Source of the DNA: Kondoa subrosea
Lineage: Eukaryota
DNA: 64,000 bases
Reading direction: 5' to 3'
Assembly: GCA_039545335.1 (NCBI GenBank)
Contig: BCIN01000002.1
Coordinates: 695,118 to 759,117, forward strand
Part shown: positions 12,097 through 24,899 of the stretch, piece after piece
How positions within the stretch are numbered: position 1 is the first letter of the stretch
Layout: every line of letters starts with the position of its first letter
Notes under the pieces: generated by a model
Databases searched by the model: none
What the model was told of the DNA's origin: nothing
The model's input: the letters and a program-made list of their open reading frames with translations, nothing else
Program-made: the position numbers and the translations under genes

Positions 12097-14371
12097 TCAT
12101 TTAGCGGCATTGATTAACTGTCCCATCTTAGTAGCCCATTGCGCATCATAACGTAAGCCTGTCAGCATCTTCTCGTTGATAGGTATAGGCCTAGGAAGTC
12201 CTGATGAGCTTAGGACATCGGTAGATCAGAAAGATCCTACGTAATCGCTGCATCTTCTTTGCCTGTTCCGCAAATCTGATAGACTACAACACAGCACTGT
12301 GAATAGACACCAGTTATTGCGTGTAATCCGAGATGAGATATTAACTTGCAGGAAGTACGCCTTTTCTCGTACCGACTCCATAGTGAACATCAGCTTGTTG
12401 CTTCTGCCTGACGAAACTTCCACCAGGCGGTGAATGCTGTTCCGTAGCCTGATCAATTATCATTGTTAGATAGTGATAAAGAGAACTCACGATCTTTTCC
12501 GCTTCCGACACATCGTGTAATGTATAAGCTAAGTACTCAAAAGGTTTCTTTCCGATCCGCTGCCCAGTAGGAGTTACGTAAACGGTGAGAATATGTTTAG
12601 CACCTGAGGAGGAATCTTCGTTGAGCTTGAAAGCAGAATAGGTGATTGAATTAGGAAGCTGACGCCTCCGATCAGTGTTTGCAATATCAAATCGTAAAGT
12701 AAGATTACAGGATACAGACCAGACGAGTTGACCCAGCCCACGAATTCTTGAGTCGACCACTCCTTGGGCAGAGGAGCTGGCAATATAATGAGTATAGCCT
12801 GCAAAAGCGCAGAATTAGGCTGACCTATAGGCTTTTCGAGCACTTCTTTGCATGCAACCTTGTGGCCACCTATAATCAGATAGTGATCAGAGTAAGCATG
12901 CAGAGCTACAGCAAGAACCATTTCAACCTACTCCAGTTGGCTTTTTGGCAGATTCTGTTGCAGTACTAGATCACATAAAGTATTAGCAAACAGAGTTGGG
13001 TTTCGATTTATGCAAACCCACTCCAGCTACTTTACACGCAGACTGATTGAACAGCTTAAAGTCAGCTCAAAAGTACTGGAGCTCGTAGGAGGACCGCACG
13101 CAGCGAAGAAGTGCAGTGTTTGCTGAATCTGAATGTTAGTCTGCTGAAAACAGAAGCTAGAGAGTGCAAACATGCGAGAAGAGCGACAATTTCGACAGAT
13201 TTGATCCTCTTTGATAGTGAGACGCGTACTGGTATATGATATAACTGTCGGTACTGGGAGATTCTTCATCTTGGCTTCAAAGATTTCCTGGAATCAAATA
13301 TTGGTGAATAGGTGGTGTGTGCAATGTGCATGCAGTCTACCTTCCAATTAACAGCTCCACATCCGTTTGCTCGACCCCGATGGAAATTATCAGCTGTATC
13401 TACTTGGTCGAAACAATTGGCTGTGACTGCGGCATCGCAAATTGTAAGCGCGAGTCAGTAACCGGATGAGCAATGCCTACAGCCAACAGGAGGAATAGCT
13501 TGGTTGATCAACATGTTGACGGAATTGAGTGAAGGTTTGCGTCTGTTATCTTCTTGCAACTTTTCCCTGAATTCCCTGGTGTGATCAAAGAAGGCACTTG
13601 CTCTCGTGACATCAATGGGATAACTTCGATCCAGATCAACTTTGAAATAGTCGGCTTTGTTAGACGATTCTGAAGGGATCACAACGAATCTGATCAGCAC
13701 AAGCAATTAGAGACATGGTCAGTAGGGCAAAAGATTGATCTCAACTGGTACATCTCCTTCTCAGCCCTTTCAGGATACAGGTAAAGCTGCATAGCATCTC
13801 TTGCAGCATCGCCACATGCAGCTCGCCGATCTGAAATTACAAAACATCAGGCCGTTGCTACAACCAGGAGAGAACAATTCACAACTGTTCCACTGCACGA
13901 GACGTTCAATTGTTGCATGATCTCTCATACTTCCCGGAGCTTGTAGTCTCCTTTCTTTCTCGCACTCAGATCTATGTCGAGCTGAGGTAGCCAGCATTAG
14001 CATCTCATCCTCACCGCGAGCAACTGATCACTCACGCCAGTCCCGAGTTTGACATTCGGTGCCTGTGCGATAGTTTGCTTAGGTGATATTAGCTTTGCTG
14101 CTCCGAGGAGACTCACTGCAGTATCTAGCGCCTAGCTTCCCTCCAATAGCACATCCTGCATGTGACTTACGTAAGCAATTATGTACGAAAGCAGTATGAG
14201 AGAGGGAGATGCTAACCTTGGCAGACGAGAAGACTACGGCCATCTTCACGGGAAGTAGCATTGCACTGAGAGTCGCTTTATCAGATTCATGCAAGTCATC
14301 CAAGTGCTTTTCGAGCTTACTCCGTCCGCACCGCAAAGGTACTGCGTGAACTTGGTAGGCTTGGTTGCCAT
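12097..14371 (-). CDS. Protein with two MYND-type zinc fingers (or two tightly linked MYND paralogues)
   Basis: Manual splicing gives CGADGC...LLVCQGC...RYCSTECQTRDWPRHRSEC (~14330-13965) and CRNC...LLRCSACKVAGYCNRICQKANW...HKVAC (~13200-12850). 3' end approximate. Confidence 0.7.
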
Positions 14372-14554
14372 TTGCCCAGCTCCGAGTCGGCTGTGGCCTT
14401 GCAACCACAGTTTATCACCAATTATGTGATGGAAGTTGTCGAACAACAGCGAGCTAGCGAGCTTTCTATTCTGCTGCTTCTCTAGCGAGACTCCTCCGAA
14501 AGTCCTTAATCCGTCTGTTTCTGCGTCTGGTCTCTGCTGCTGCATTACTCTACA

Positions 14555-15743
14555 ATGGCTCCGAAACTCGCCTGGCTCGGTACATGTGCTCTAATTAGCT
14601 CCTCCCTCTCTATCTCATCGTGGCCGGTACAGGGTTGGGCAATATCGGTAAAGGAATGGTCTCCAATCTGCACAAGAAGGGTCCGGAAGAATGCAAGAGC
14701 ATCATTATTTGGAACAGAACAGCTTCTAAAGCACAAGCATTGAACATTGGCACCGTTGCAAATTCGGTGACCGAAGCTGTCGAGAAGAGCGATATCGTGT
14801 TCACATGTCTAGGAGATGATGCTGCTGTGCTGGAGACGATTACTAAAGCGCTCGAGAAGGACATCAAGGGAAAGCTCTTCGTCGATTGCTCTACCATTCA
14901 TCCATATGCAACTGATAAGCTGGATGAGATGATTACTAAAGCTGGAGGTAGAACCTGTTCTATCGTTAGTTTCTTATTCGCTCACGTCCGTTCTTCTCCG
15001 CCTGCCAGGTTTCTTTGTTGCAATGCCAGTCTTCGGTGCTCCTGCAATGGCCGATTCTGGAAATCTAGTCTGCGTACCATCCGGCCCAGCTGATCAAATT
15101 GACCGAATCTTACCTTACACTGTCGGTGTGATCGCAAAAGCCAACATTCCTTTCAAAGATGCCAAGCCTTCTAAAGCTACTTTACTGAAGATCATAGGCA
15201 ATACTTTTATTCTCCAAATGGTTGAAGCTTTATCTGAAGGTCACGCTTTGGCTGAGAAGTCAGGTTTGGGTGTAGAAGCTTTGCAAATGTTTCTCGAAAA
15301 CCTTTTCCCTGCACCCTACCTCGCTTATAGTAAGCGTATGCAAAGTGGGGATTATTATCAGAGAGATGAGGTCAGTGAAGTGATTCAGATCGACGAGCGG
15401 TAGTGCTTACATGAAGCGAGAAGCCCTTGTTCGCTGTTGATCTAGCTAGAAAGGATGCTGGGCATGCTTTGGATCTAGCGGAAACTCACGGTGTCAAGAT
15501 GCGTAGTGTTGAAGTATGCGATGCACATTTGAAGATGGTCAAGGAGGAAGTCGGCGCAAAAGGTGACATTGTAGGTTTTCGTACATACGCAAAAGCACCT
15601 TACCGATTCGCTAACTTTTAATCAAGGCCGGGATCTACGGTGCTGGTAAATCTTGAAAAGTAATACAGCTTGGTTTTCGCTCATGGTCTTCGTTCTTAGT
15701 CCGCAAGGAAAGTGGGTTGTCGTTCGGCAATCAAGAGTCGTAA
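14555..15743 (+). CDS. NAD(P)-dependent beta-hydroxyacid dehydrogenase (3-hydroxyisobutyrate/6-phosphogluconate dehydrogenase family)
   Basis: Spliced MAPKLAWLGLGNIGKGM Rossmann motif, WNRT, FVDCSTIHP, PVFG, LLKIIGN, EALSEG and FAVDLARKD. Confidence 0.9.
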
Positions 15744-16795
15744 GACCATACAGATAATATCGCATAAACACGCACATGTGAGTCACTCACAGCGCTTCTG
15801 TTTGCATATCGGTCAAGCTGATACTTTGTCAGGTCCCAATGTATAAACTCGTGCTTCGCAGCTTCGACATCATTTTAGAACCGTATCTGGCCTGGTCATG
15901 ATGCAGTAATCTGATTTTCTACTAGATCAAATACTTGGACCATACAGAGCTGACTTTGTACCAGTCTGACTCGCGATGTTTGGATGAGCTTGGTTTTCGC
16001 TTTTCCCATTCCCCATTCTCTGGCTTGATCATATTTGCGACATGGTCCGAGCACTCAAAATCGCTGGTATGACGTTACTGGTTCCGTCTCGCCCAGTATT
16101 CGATCCAACAATCACTTCGCTGGCTTTAAAAATCTAGCAACTCCATGCAACATTGGCTCATAGTATGACTTGCACAATCACTCTACATTCTCAAGAAGAA
16201 GTGGACAAGGCGATTTCATGGAGCCAGTCGTTAAAGAAGTCCAGTCCAGTCACCGTTTGTCCACAATTTCTTCAATTCGCAATAATGAAGAAGTCTCTGC
16301 CCCATCTTTTGCCATCTGGAGCCCTGAATCCCCCAGCAGAGTCTACCGTTAGGCATACACCACCTACAGAAGGTACTGTCCCATACGATTTCGAGTGCCT
16401 CAGCCTATAAGACAAATGTTCATCGGAGAGCGATACTCAAAAAAAAATCCTTTTCTGGCTTTTCATCAAACATGCTGTCTGCCACGGCGCCGTCTATGTA
16501 TCACTGCTGCTCTCGCTTATCCAGTCTTGGCTGTTTAGCCGCCATGGAGTTTTCCTGGAACTGCGCTTTGTGTGCCTGGTCTAAAAGGCCAAGATCCCGC
16601 TCGCAGACTTTAAAATAACTACCGCGGCGGTCGATGAAGGTCGATGAGTCTAAAATCTCGACTCCCCCGCAACGCAAAAGCCGCTCTTAAATCCCCATTG
16701 CCGCTAATAAAAAATTTCTTATCAATCTTTCTCTTACTCCTCAATCTCCCTTTCTTCTTAACTTTTCCTCAAACCTTCTTTTTGCTACTGCTACC

Positions 16796-19426
16796 ATGGC
16801 TGGAGGATTTGCGAAGCCCGTCTATCGTAAGAGGCCCATATACATTGCTCAACATCGATTAACATCGATTTTGGGACAGACACTGGCAAATATCTTGAAG
16901 GCAAAGAGCTCATCTGGCCTATCTCTCTTATCATCAGTCTCTTTTTCCTCTGGGGCTTCTCTTATGGGCTTGTGGACGTGTGAGTTCAGAATGTCTTCCA
17001 CAACAAATCCTCGTTTGCTGAGTTTGCTGTTGGTATTAAAGGTTGAATGCTCATTTTCAGGTGGTCCTCGACATTACTAAGGTAGATTATTTCCGCACGC
17101 ATGTTTGCAGTAATAAACGGAATTTTTCAGCTTGAATCTACTGGACTGCAAGTGATGTACTTTGGAGGAGGCTATGTCTTCTTCAGGTCAGTTGATTACA
17201 AGTCGAGATCTACGCATCGAAGATATGCTGACACTTTTGTCGCAGTCCTATTGCTGCGGAAGTCTTGAAGAGATATGGTTACAAAAGTGAGTCTGGAAAG
17301 TTGGCCATGGCTTCGTATCAAACTTATATCACGTACAGAAACGATTCACATGGGGCTTACCTTTTAGTATGCGACTTGTCGACCTGCTTGATCGGATCGA
17401 TTTGCTCACCTGCTCAAATAGTTCACTCGGTGCTGTCTTCTTCTGGCCTGTCGCTCACTACACCACGGCAAACAACAAGAAGGCGGCCTTTGGCGGTTTC
17501 CTTGTCTGCACTCTCGTCATCGCATGCGGTTTGGCCACTCTCGAAGTAGGACCACTTCAGATCCAGACAGTGGAACTCTACTGACTTTGACTACTGCATA
17601 GACTGCTGCAAACTCCTATGCTAGTGTCATCGGAAATCCCAGAACGGCAGCGCGTCGGTTGCAGTTCTGTCAAGGTACATTCCACCGCCGATGCCAGATG
17701 CGAAACAGCTAATCAGATATGAAAGCTTGGAACGGTGTGGCTTCGTTTGTGGGCCCTTTAATAGCCTCACACGCTTTCTTCAACGTCAGTGATGTTTCCT
17801 TTACCACCAAACTCTCGATCTAAAAATTTCTTCTAGGGTGAAAACGCGAATAACTTGTAAGTGCGACCTCGGGCTTACATACCACCTGAGCTCATGAGTC
17901 TCTTCGATGAATCAGAACCAAGTGAGCTCCTTGTCTTGCCGCTATATCCACGCGAAAGACTGACACGGCTTTAAAGTGTTCAATACGTCTATCTTGCGGT
18001 AGCTATTGCTGGTCTTCTGGTCAACATCATGTTCGCTGGTGCGTTACACTCAGCCCAACATGTCATCTGCTAATACTCTTGGGCATACAGTCACTAAAAT
18101 GGTACGCGCGGCGCTTGTGCATCGCCAAATGCTGATCTAACGCCATTGTCTGTGTACAGCCTGAAGTACCCGAAGAAGTTCTAGAAGCAATGGCGAAGGC
18201 CGAGGAAGCTGAAGCTGGAACTGGGGTAGACCGTCCGCTATACAAACAGTATAACATGTCAGTTTTGAGTTTTACTTCTCTCGTCTACGAAAGCTGACAT
18301 ACGGTCATCAGGATCTTTGGAGCTATCGCACAATTCTGCTACGTAGGAGCTCAGGTTACCGTAGCTACCTTCTTCATCAATTGTGAGCTTCTCCGCATTG
18401 CACGATGTCTATGTCTCTGATCCTGTTTCAGACACCAACGAGACCGGAGGTGTACCCAAAACTCGCTCTTCTTTCCTTCTGTCCATGTCTTTACTTATTT
18501 TCACTGCTGCTCGAGTGAGTCTTCGTATTTTTCTATTGTTCTTGATGTAACGAATTGAGTTAGTTCATCGGTACTGGTATTCTCACATGGATCCAGCCAG
18601 ATTTCCTTCTCATGGTTTATGCCGCTGCTTGCATCGCTCTTTCTGCTGCTTGCACTGGAGTACATGGATCTTCAGCAATCGGATGCATTATGACCTTGTT
18701 CTTGTACGTTCCTGGGACAAATTCCTTATTCTCTCATGCTGACCTGATGATAATTAGCTTCATGTCTATCAGTAAGCTGAATTATTGGGCACTAGTTTTC
18801 TGCTGACGTCAACCGAATAGTGTATCCTATTATCTGTGAGGGCTTTGGCTGTGAATCACCTCAATGCTCATAATTCTTCTTTAGTCGTCATGGGCACCGA
18901 GAAACTTGGGCGTCATACTCGTCGTGGTTCCGGTATTCTTGTCATGGGTGTCGTGAGTCTGTCTCCTCACATCTTTTGACAAGTGTTTATGATTTCTTGA
19001 AGGGAGGCGGAGCTGTTTTCCCACCTATTCAAGGTGCTGTCGCCGACGCAGCATCGACCCACATCTCCTATATCGTACCTTGCGTTGGCTTCTGTGTGGT
19101 TCTAGCGTATACTACGACTCACTGGCTCCGTAACGGAAGGCATATCAAGCGAGTTGTCGAGGTTGTCAGCCCAGATATGGTCGAAGGCAATATGACCGCA
19201 CACACCAATGCTCTGTGAGTACTTCGCTTACAATCCAAATTCACCCTCTTATATGCTATGTGCAGTGGTGGAGTTAGAGGTGCTGAAATCTCGATGGTTA
19301 AGACCATCACGCGTGAAGACGCGATTGGGTGCGTGATGACTTTGAGTCCTTATACTCCTAAGCTGACTTAATCTTCGTCTTAGCGATAAAACTTCACACA
19401 CAGACGAGCTATACGAGAAGGTCTAG
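16796..19426 (+). CDS. MFS sugar transporter, L-fucose/glucose-galactose permease (FucP-like) family
   Basis: LFFLWGFSYGLVDVLNAHFQ, IACGLATLE|TAANSY, FCYVGAQV and VMGV|GGAVFPPIQG motifs, spread over more than 20 short exons. Confidence 0.88.
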
Positions 19427-19991
19427 ATTTGGCAAATCAAGGCTTGAAGGGTCAAAATATTTATAAAGGGTTTCTAGAGTCAGGGTTCATTTTCATGGGT
19501 ATCTTGCTGTTCATCAACGTATCAGAGCGTCATTACAAATGCATCGTATTAGACAAGCGAATTTGCGGCTATCCGAGTCGATCATCAAACTTCTCGCGTT
19601 CGTTCTTTCTTGAGGCACAACGTGACACCATATCAGCCCCGGTTAAATCTCTTCTCCCTCTTATGCTCTGTGCACACTTGACGTCGTTATCCTGTTTGCT
19701 TCTAATCACCAAAAACGCTACAAAGTGTATTGGCTGAAATTGTTCTCCCTCATCGCTGCTCAGCTGTCTTGCGTGTCTTTGCTTTGCTCCATCAAAAGCT
19801 TCGATCGCCTGTTGGACAACCATTAGCACACCGATTGGGGAAATAGACTCTGGCAGACATCTTGAACGCAAAAGCTTACTTGAACAGGCAAAGCCGCCTG
19901 CTACTTCTATGCAATTACAAAATTGGAAAGAGATAGAAAGTACAAGTCTTGATCCCCCCGAACGCTATTCACCATTCCAGTACTACCGAAC

Positions 19992-20442
19992 CTACTTCTG
20001 CAACACCCTTTGGAAAGCCTCTAAGCTTGTTGTGGGACTGGTATTGAAGCAGAGTTTCGTATCAGGAGCGTGCTCATGTGCAGCTTGAACAAAGCGTTCG
20101 AATATTTCGTTGACTTGAACGAGCAATTTCATCCCTGTCCAAAATTGTTCAGCGCTTGTCTCGAGGAGAAAGAATGAGAAACAGCTGACCAGCACCAATA
20201 CAAATCGCTTTGAAGGCTTCGTTCTCCTTCAAAAAGGCAATGAAACTCTCTGTAGCCCGATCCACACCCTCCTCTTCAAACATATACCAAATTGGCTCAA
20301 GCCCAGCTTCTCGCAGACGGATCGCTTCCTGGTCAATCATTCCCTTCACTTGGTCAGGTCGAATGCTGTTTATCCCCTTCGGTAGTGCTTGAAGAATGGG
20401 GTGAGTGGGCGCTAGACCGACAAGAAGAACCCGAGAAGACAT
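19992..20442 (-). CDS. Small conserved hypothetical protein (CIGAG...FE..V.A.HEHAP..KLCFNTSP)
   Basis: ORFs 20149-20442 and 19992-20198 join by one GT-AG intron into a ~130-aa protein. The motif recalls an uncharacterised bacterial/fungal family (from memory). Confidence 0.7.
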
Positions 20443-21049
20443 GTTAGTTTTAGAAGAGAGAGTTCGGCAGAAAACTTAAGACACAGAGAATTGAGGGACA
20501 CAGTCAGCACGGTTGGTCATTGAGCTTTTGCATCCGCTCAGATCACTTTTGCTGACTTGTCGTGGCTTACATAGCAATCTTGGCTTCGGCCGTAACAATC
20601 TGCCTGCTTCTGATTCACGGACTTGCTCGTCAAAGACTGAACACTGGCTCATGCAAGTATCTTGATCCTGGCAACCCAAAACTTTGTGGTATGACAAGCT
20701 TATATTGGTCAATTTATTTACGAAGGATTTCGAAAGGCTATATCTGCACGGCCATTATTATATTGTTCGTCAAGGCCGTAGACGCGCATACGAAATGCAT
20801 TGCAATGCATCATTTACTCCTGCTTGGCTTTCGATGTAGCTCGACCTTGACTAATCATGAATTTGATTTGTCTGCTTTTCGCTGCTCTTCTCTGCATGGT
20901 CTCGTTGTCGCGACAGCCGCTTCCGATAAAAGAAACATTGCAGCAGTTGGTCTTGCAAAGGAGTGTATATTGACAGCAAGGAGCCCAGCTCTGGTAGGGA
21001 TGTGTGCGTGAGCGAATGCCGATTAGTCTGATTGACGGTAGTCCGGTAG

Positions 21050-23728
21050 CTAGGTAGCAATATAGCACAATTTGTTACATTGATGATTAGAGTCTTTCAT
21101 CTCTTTCTCGCGCTCTATCTACCCTTTGGTAAAACAACAAGTATGCTGAACGATCAGGTACACCAGTGATAGAGCTAGGGAGGCTGAGACGCAGTACTTC
21201 CTGAACTCGATCAACTGCGACTTCCTTCGCTGTTACTTGAGTAATGACCGTGTCATCGAAGTTCAGCCATTGATCTTTCGTTTGCCGGATTGCTGCTGTG
21301 TAATGTCCACCTGTCGCCGACTTGCCATGGTGGTAGACGACTGCGACAGAGCTTTAACAATACATAAACCCCAGCTGAACGAACTTACCAGCTGTGAGTT
21401 GATATTTCACTGCTTTGGGTTGCCTTTTCGAGGCTGCGATAATGGCAGGTGAAATTTCCAGTGTTGTACCATAAGAGACAACTTTATGGTTCTTTATTGT
21501 TCCGCCAGCATTAGTGTAAGAGAAGCGTTTTAGATGAAGGACCAAAACGGGAGGAAGAGTTTCAAGGAAGAGTTGTTTCGTTGCTTCGACTTTGATGCCT
21601 CCGCGTACAATATAGTCAGAGACGGTTTCAGGTTGTGTGAGGTTGGCTAGTGCGTCTTCTATACTTTCCACGTTAGAGGGCTGTCAGACGATAACAATAT
21701 GGTATCAGCTCGAAGCCGAAATCATATGCGCTCATCTCACCTGTACATCTAGACCCAATGTCAAAAACGGTTCCACAATAGCAGAATCTTTCTGTCCAGG
21801 AGCTCTAAGCAAAGACCGCTGTTTCCCGCCGAATATCCTGGTCAAAGCTGAATCCTTGATCTCCGCTGTTCTAGTAGTTGCTGTCCTTCCTTTACTACCC
21901 ACTTCCAACCACTCGTCACCTTCATCTTGATTCACTCCATTGACTTTCTTGACTTCGTTCAATGCAAGCAATTCTTCATGCAGAGTATCAAGGAAGTAAC
22001 CCAAGAACTCTTGCGCATCTTCTTGTTGACCTGATTGCATGACTTCGAATCGTTTATTGGCTTTCAAAGCTTCGTACATGCCATCCGGAACAAAAGGTTC
22101 TGACCAATCTACTGTATCGGCTGATTTATCATTGGATTGAACTTTAAATTCCTGTATAAAGTTGATTCTGTGGGTTCGGTTGTCAATGTATCAGCACAAA
22201 GCTGACAATATACATGCGAACTCACGTTGCATCCATCAATCGAGTCTTCCGCAGATCTTGAGTTGTGTGTTGGCCGACCAAGCGAACGAGATTATAGAAT
22301 GGAGCGCAATAAAGGAGGACTTGCAGTATCTGTGCAAAAAACCCATGTATAAAGCCCACATAGACTGTGATTGTAAGATCTGCGCACCGAATTCTCAAAG
22401 CACATATTGCCCGTATTGATGATCCCTCGCGGAAAGATTGGTGGAGTAGTAGATTGCCATTCCACACCTTGCAGTACATCATCTAACGATGACTTTTCTG
22501 CTGTTGAAGGTACTGAAGATGCATGCGAAGTCCCATTAGTTATGGGTTTGCTGAAACTAGGTTGAGGTGGTAAAGGTTCATTGACATCAGTCGGTAAAGC
22601 AATCGAAACCCTTTTGGTTGAAGGTGAAGCTTGACCACGGAGTAGATCAGCCCAAGATTTAGGTTTCATTGCTGATTTAGGTGGACTTTGGGTTAAAGCT
22701 GAAGGTGGTAAAGAAGTAGGCGGTGAAGTTCGTTTGGAAGATTCTGCAGGCTTATCTTCGACCACCTCCAGAGGTTTTTGTTCTTCTTTTGTAGGTGTAC
22801 TGATTACCAGATCTTGCATATTCGGAGGTGGATCATCGCTGAACCTCAATTTGGGTTTTGTATTCCTTATTGGCGGACTGGAGCTGACAAAATCTCTCAA
22901 AGAAGCATTAGGAGGTGGTCGAAGACCTTTTGCGAAACTCAATGGAGGCTCAGGCTGGAAAGGTTGCGATAAAGAAGCAGAGGTTTTGCGAGTCTTGGAT
23001 GGCATAAGAGTAGCTTCGTTTGATATTGTCAACATACGCGGTTTGAGCGGAGAAGGTCCTTTAGATGCTTGCTCGACAGGTAAGACATTAGGTGTTATTC
23101 GAGGCTGAGGTGACAAAGCTGGTATTTGCGAAGGCACTCCACTTGCTTCAATTTTCGATGATTTAGGCGTTAAATCTTCTGAAGATTCAAGTGTATGTGA
23201 GATGTAAGGCTCTTCTTGAGGCTCAGGACTAGGTGAAGGTAATTTCGAAGTTGAAGGTTGAGGCGAAGCTACTGATTCTCCATTCTTGATGCCTGTTCTG
23301 GTCTTCGATGTCGGCTTTCGCAGCGATATCATATTCGCCGGAGCTTGTACTGTTCACATTGATAAGCAACGGTCTCTGTAAGGCACACTCTCCATAGCTT
23401 ACGGTGTTTCCTCGATTTCTGTTGAATTTGGTTTGAGACAGAGCCCAATTTGAGATGCAGGCAGAACTCACTTCAGCCATTGCGAATCCAATGTCCGTAT
23501 TGAATGAAGTAGGTGATGCGTTTGCAGGTAGAAGCAAGACAGGACTCTTGTGCATCACCTGATCGACTTGCTCCTGAGTAAGAACACCAAAAAGAATAGC
23601 TGTCGGAGGTTGTTGCACTTGACTATGTACAGCAGCGACAGACTAAAGCACGAGCAACAGGCAGGTATCTTAGCCAAATCCAGCGACAAAGATGTTTTTG
23701 CCTGGAAACATACTGACGAAGGCAGCAT
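21050..23728 (-). CDS. UBP3: Ubiquitin C-terminal hydrolase, Ubp3/USP10-like
   Basis: PKSWADLL motif, Cys box GIINTGNMCFENS|ILQ, GQQEDAQEFLGYFLDTLHEE, LPPVLVLHLKRF, His box HHGKSATGGHYT..WLNFDD and AYLLFY. Start and stop approximate. Confidence 0.88.
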
Positions 23729-24140
23729 GAAGCCAGAAGCCTTGACGAAGGTATCCAAGGGCCTTCAACACAGGATATTGACCAGAGCAGCAGCGGTGGC
23801 AGTCTCAGACCTTGAGTTCATCGAGATGCTTGTCTGAGGTTGACCACATTTGGTCATTTGTTTCACACATCTCTATGCTGCCTCGGTGGATCTTTGCAAT
23901 CTTCTGCCGTACTTAGTCCTTCAGTCATGCTATAGCTTGACTGCGACATTGCGAGCTGGCACGCTGAATATGTGTTCTCACGCAATCTGTATATATAGCT
24001 ATAGATGGGACTGCTGTTTTCTGTCTGCTTCAATATTCAAAGACTGCAACGAAGTCTAGGACATTTATTCTTTGATTTCGCTTTCCCTTTCCAGTCTACT
24101 ATTTTTCTACATGCGTCTATACTCTTCTCCATGTTGTGCC

Positions 24141-24899
24141 CTACAAAGCCGCGATTGCTTCAATCTCTACCAGAATACCTTCAACAGGCAAATTGCCGAC
24201 TTGGAAAGCAGCTCTAGCTCTGTTGAATGACATCCATTATGAGCTCCAGCTTGGACCTCAACGTGAATTTCGAACTCACGGCTTAGGATTAGGCACCATT
24301 TCAGCATATACAGCGTTCCTACAGAAAGTTTAAGAACATATTGGGTCAGTTCATGCCTTACTCACATAGCAGGTAGATCTGAAATGTCTGTGATGCAATG
24401 TGAGCAAATCTTTGAACTGCATTTTGGTGGTCACGAGCTTACTCTGCAATAGAACAGTCGTCTTCAAGACCCTGGACCAATCCGTGCCTGCTTCTTTGAG
24501 AATGGCTCCGATGTTCTCGAGACATTGAGCTAGACACAACAGGTACGTCATTGTACTGTACTGCTCAGAAGTTTGAACCGAACCTGTCTCGTTGGCAATG
24601 CCTCCAGGTACAATTGTACCGTTCAAGAATGGCACTTGACCGGACACAAAGACCAAGTTACCGAATCTAAAATGGTTATTAAAGTAAGCAAGATCGCCTT
24701 TCTTGAACCTTACTTGGTTCCACCAGCTGAAGGAAAGCTTATCAGCCAAGAGTGTCTCTTGCAACACTGATCAAGACTTACACAAAGTACGACCGACGTT
24801 GCCCAAATGGGTGATATCGTAATTCGCTCTTTTCGCAGGAGCTGGTGACGCAGCCACGAAAGCAGCCAACAAAGTAACGAAGAGTCCTTGGAAGAGCAT
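24141..24899 (-). CDS. Secreted Rid (YjgF/YER057c/UK114) family protein, putative imine/enamine deaminase
   Basis: Seven exons give MLFQGLFVTLLAAFVAASPAPAKR-ANYDITHLGNVAGGTKFGNLVFVSGQVPFLNGTIVPGGIANETAQCLENIGAILKEAGTDWSRVLKTTVLLQNISDLPAMNAVYAEMVPNPKPARAAFQVGNLPVEGILVEIEAIAAL. Rid motifs VSGQ, PAR and VEIEA are present. Confidence 0.9.

Noticed and set aside
14372..14545. N-terminal part of ORF 14246-14545 as a gene start
   Set aside because: It overlaps the pyrimidine-rich 5' region of the divergent dehydrogenase gene. The ATG at 14371 gives a coherent MYND protein start.
16851..16870. Tandem 10-bp duplication AACATCGATT x2
   Set aside because: Inside an intron. A simple slippage event with no sign of function or of being a target-site duplication.
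14555..19426. Dehydrogenase + sugar permease as a catabolic cluster
   Set aside because: Adjacency only. No shared substrate evidence and no further pathway genes or regulator.
20476..21068. Several 70-150 aa ORFs on both strands
   Set aside because: No motifs or consistent splice structure. Probably promoter and 3' UTR sequence.
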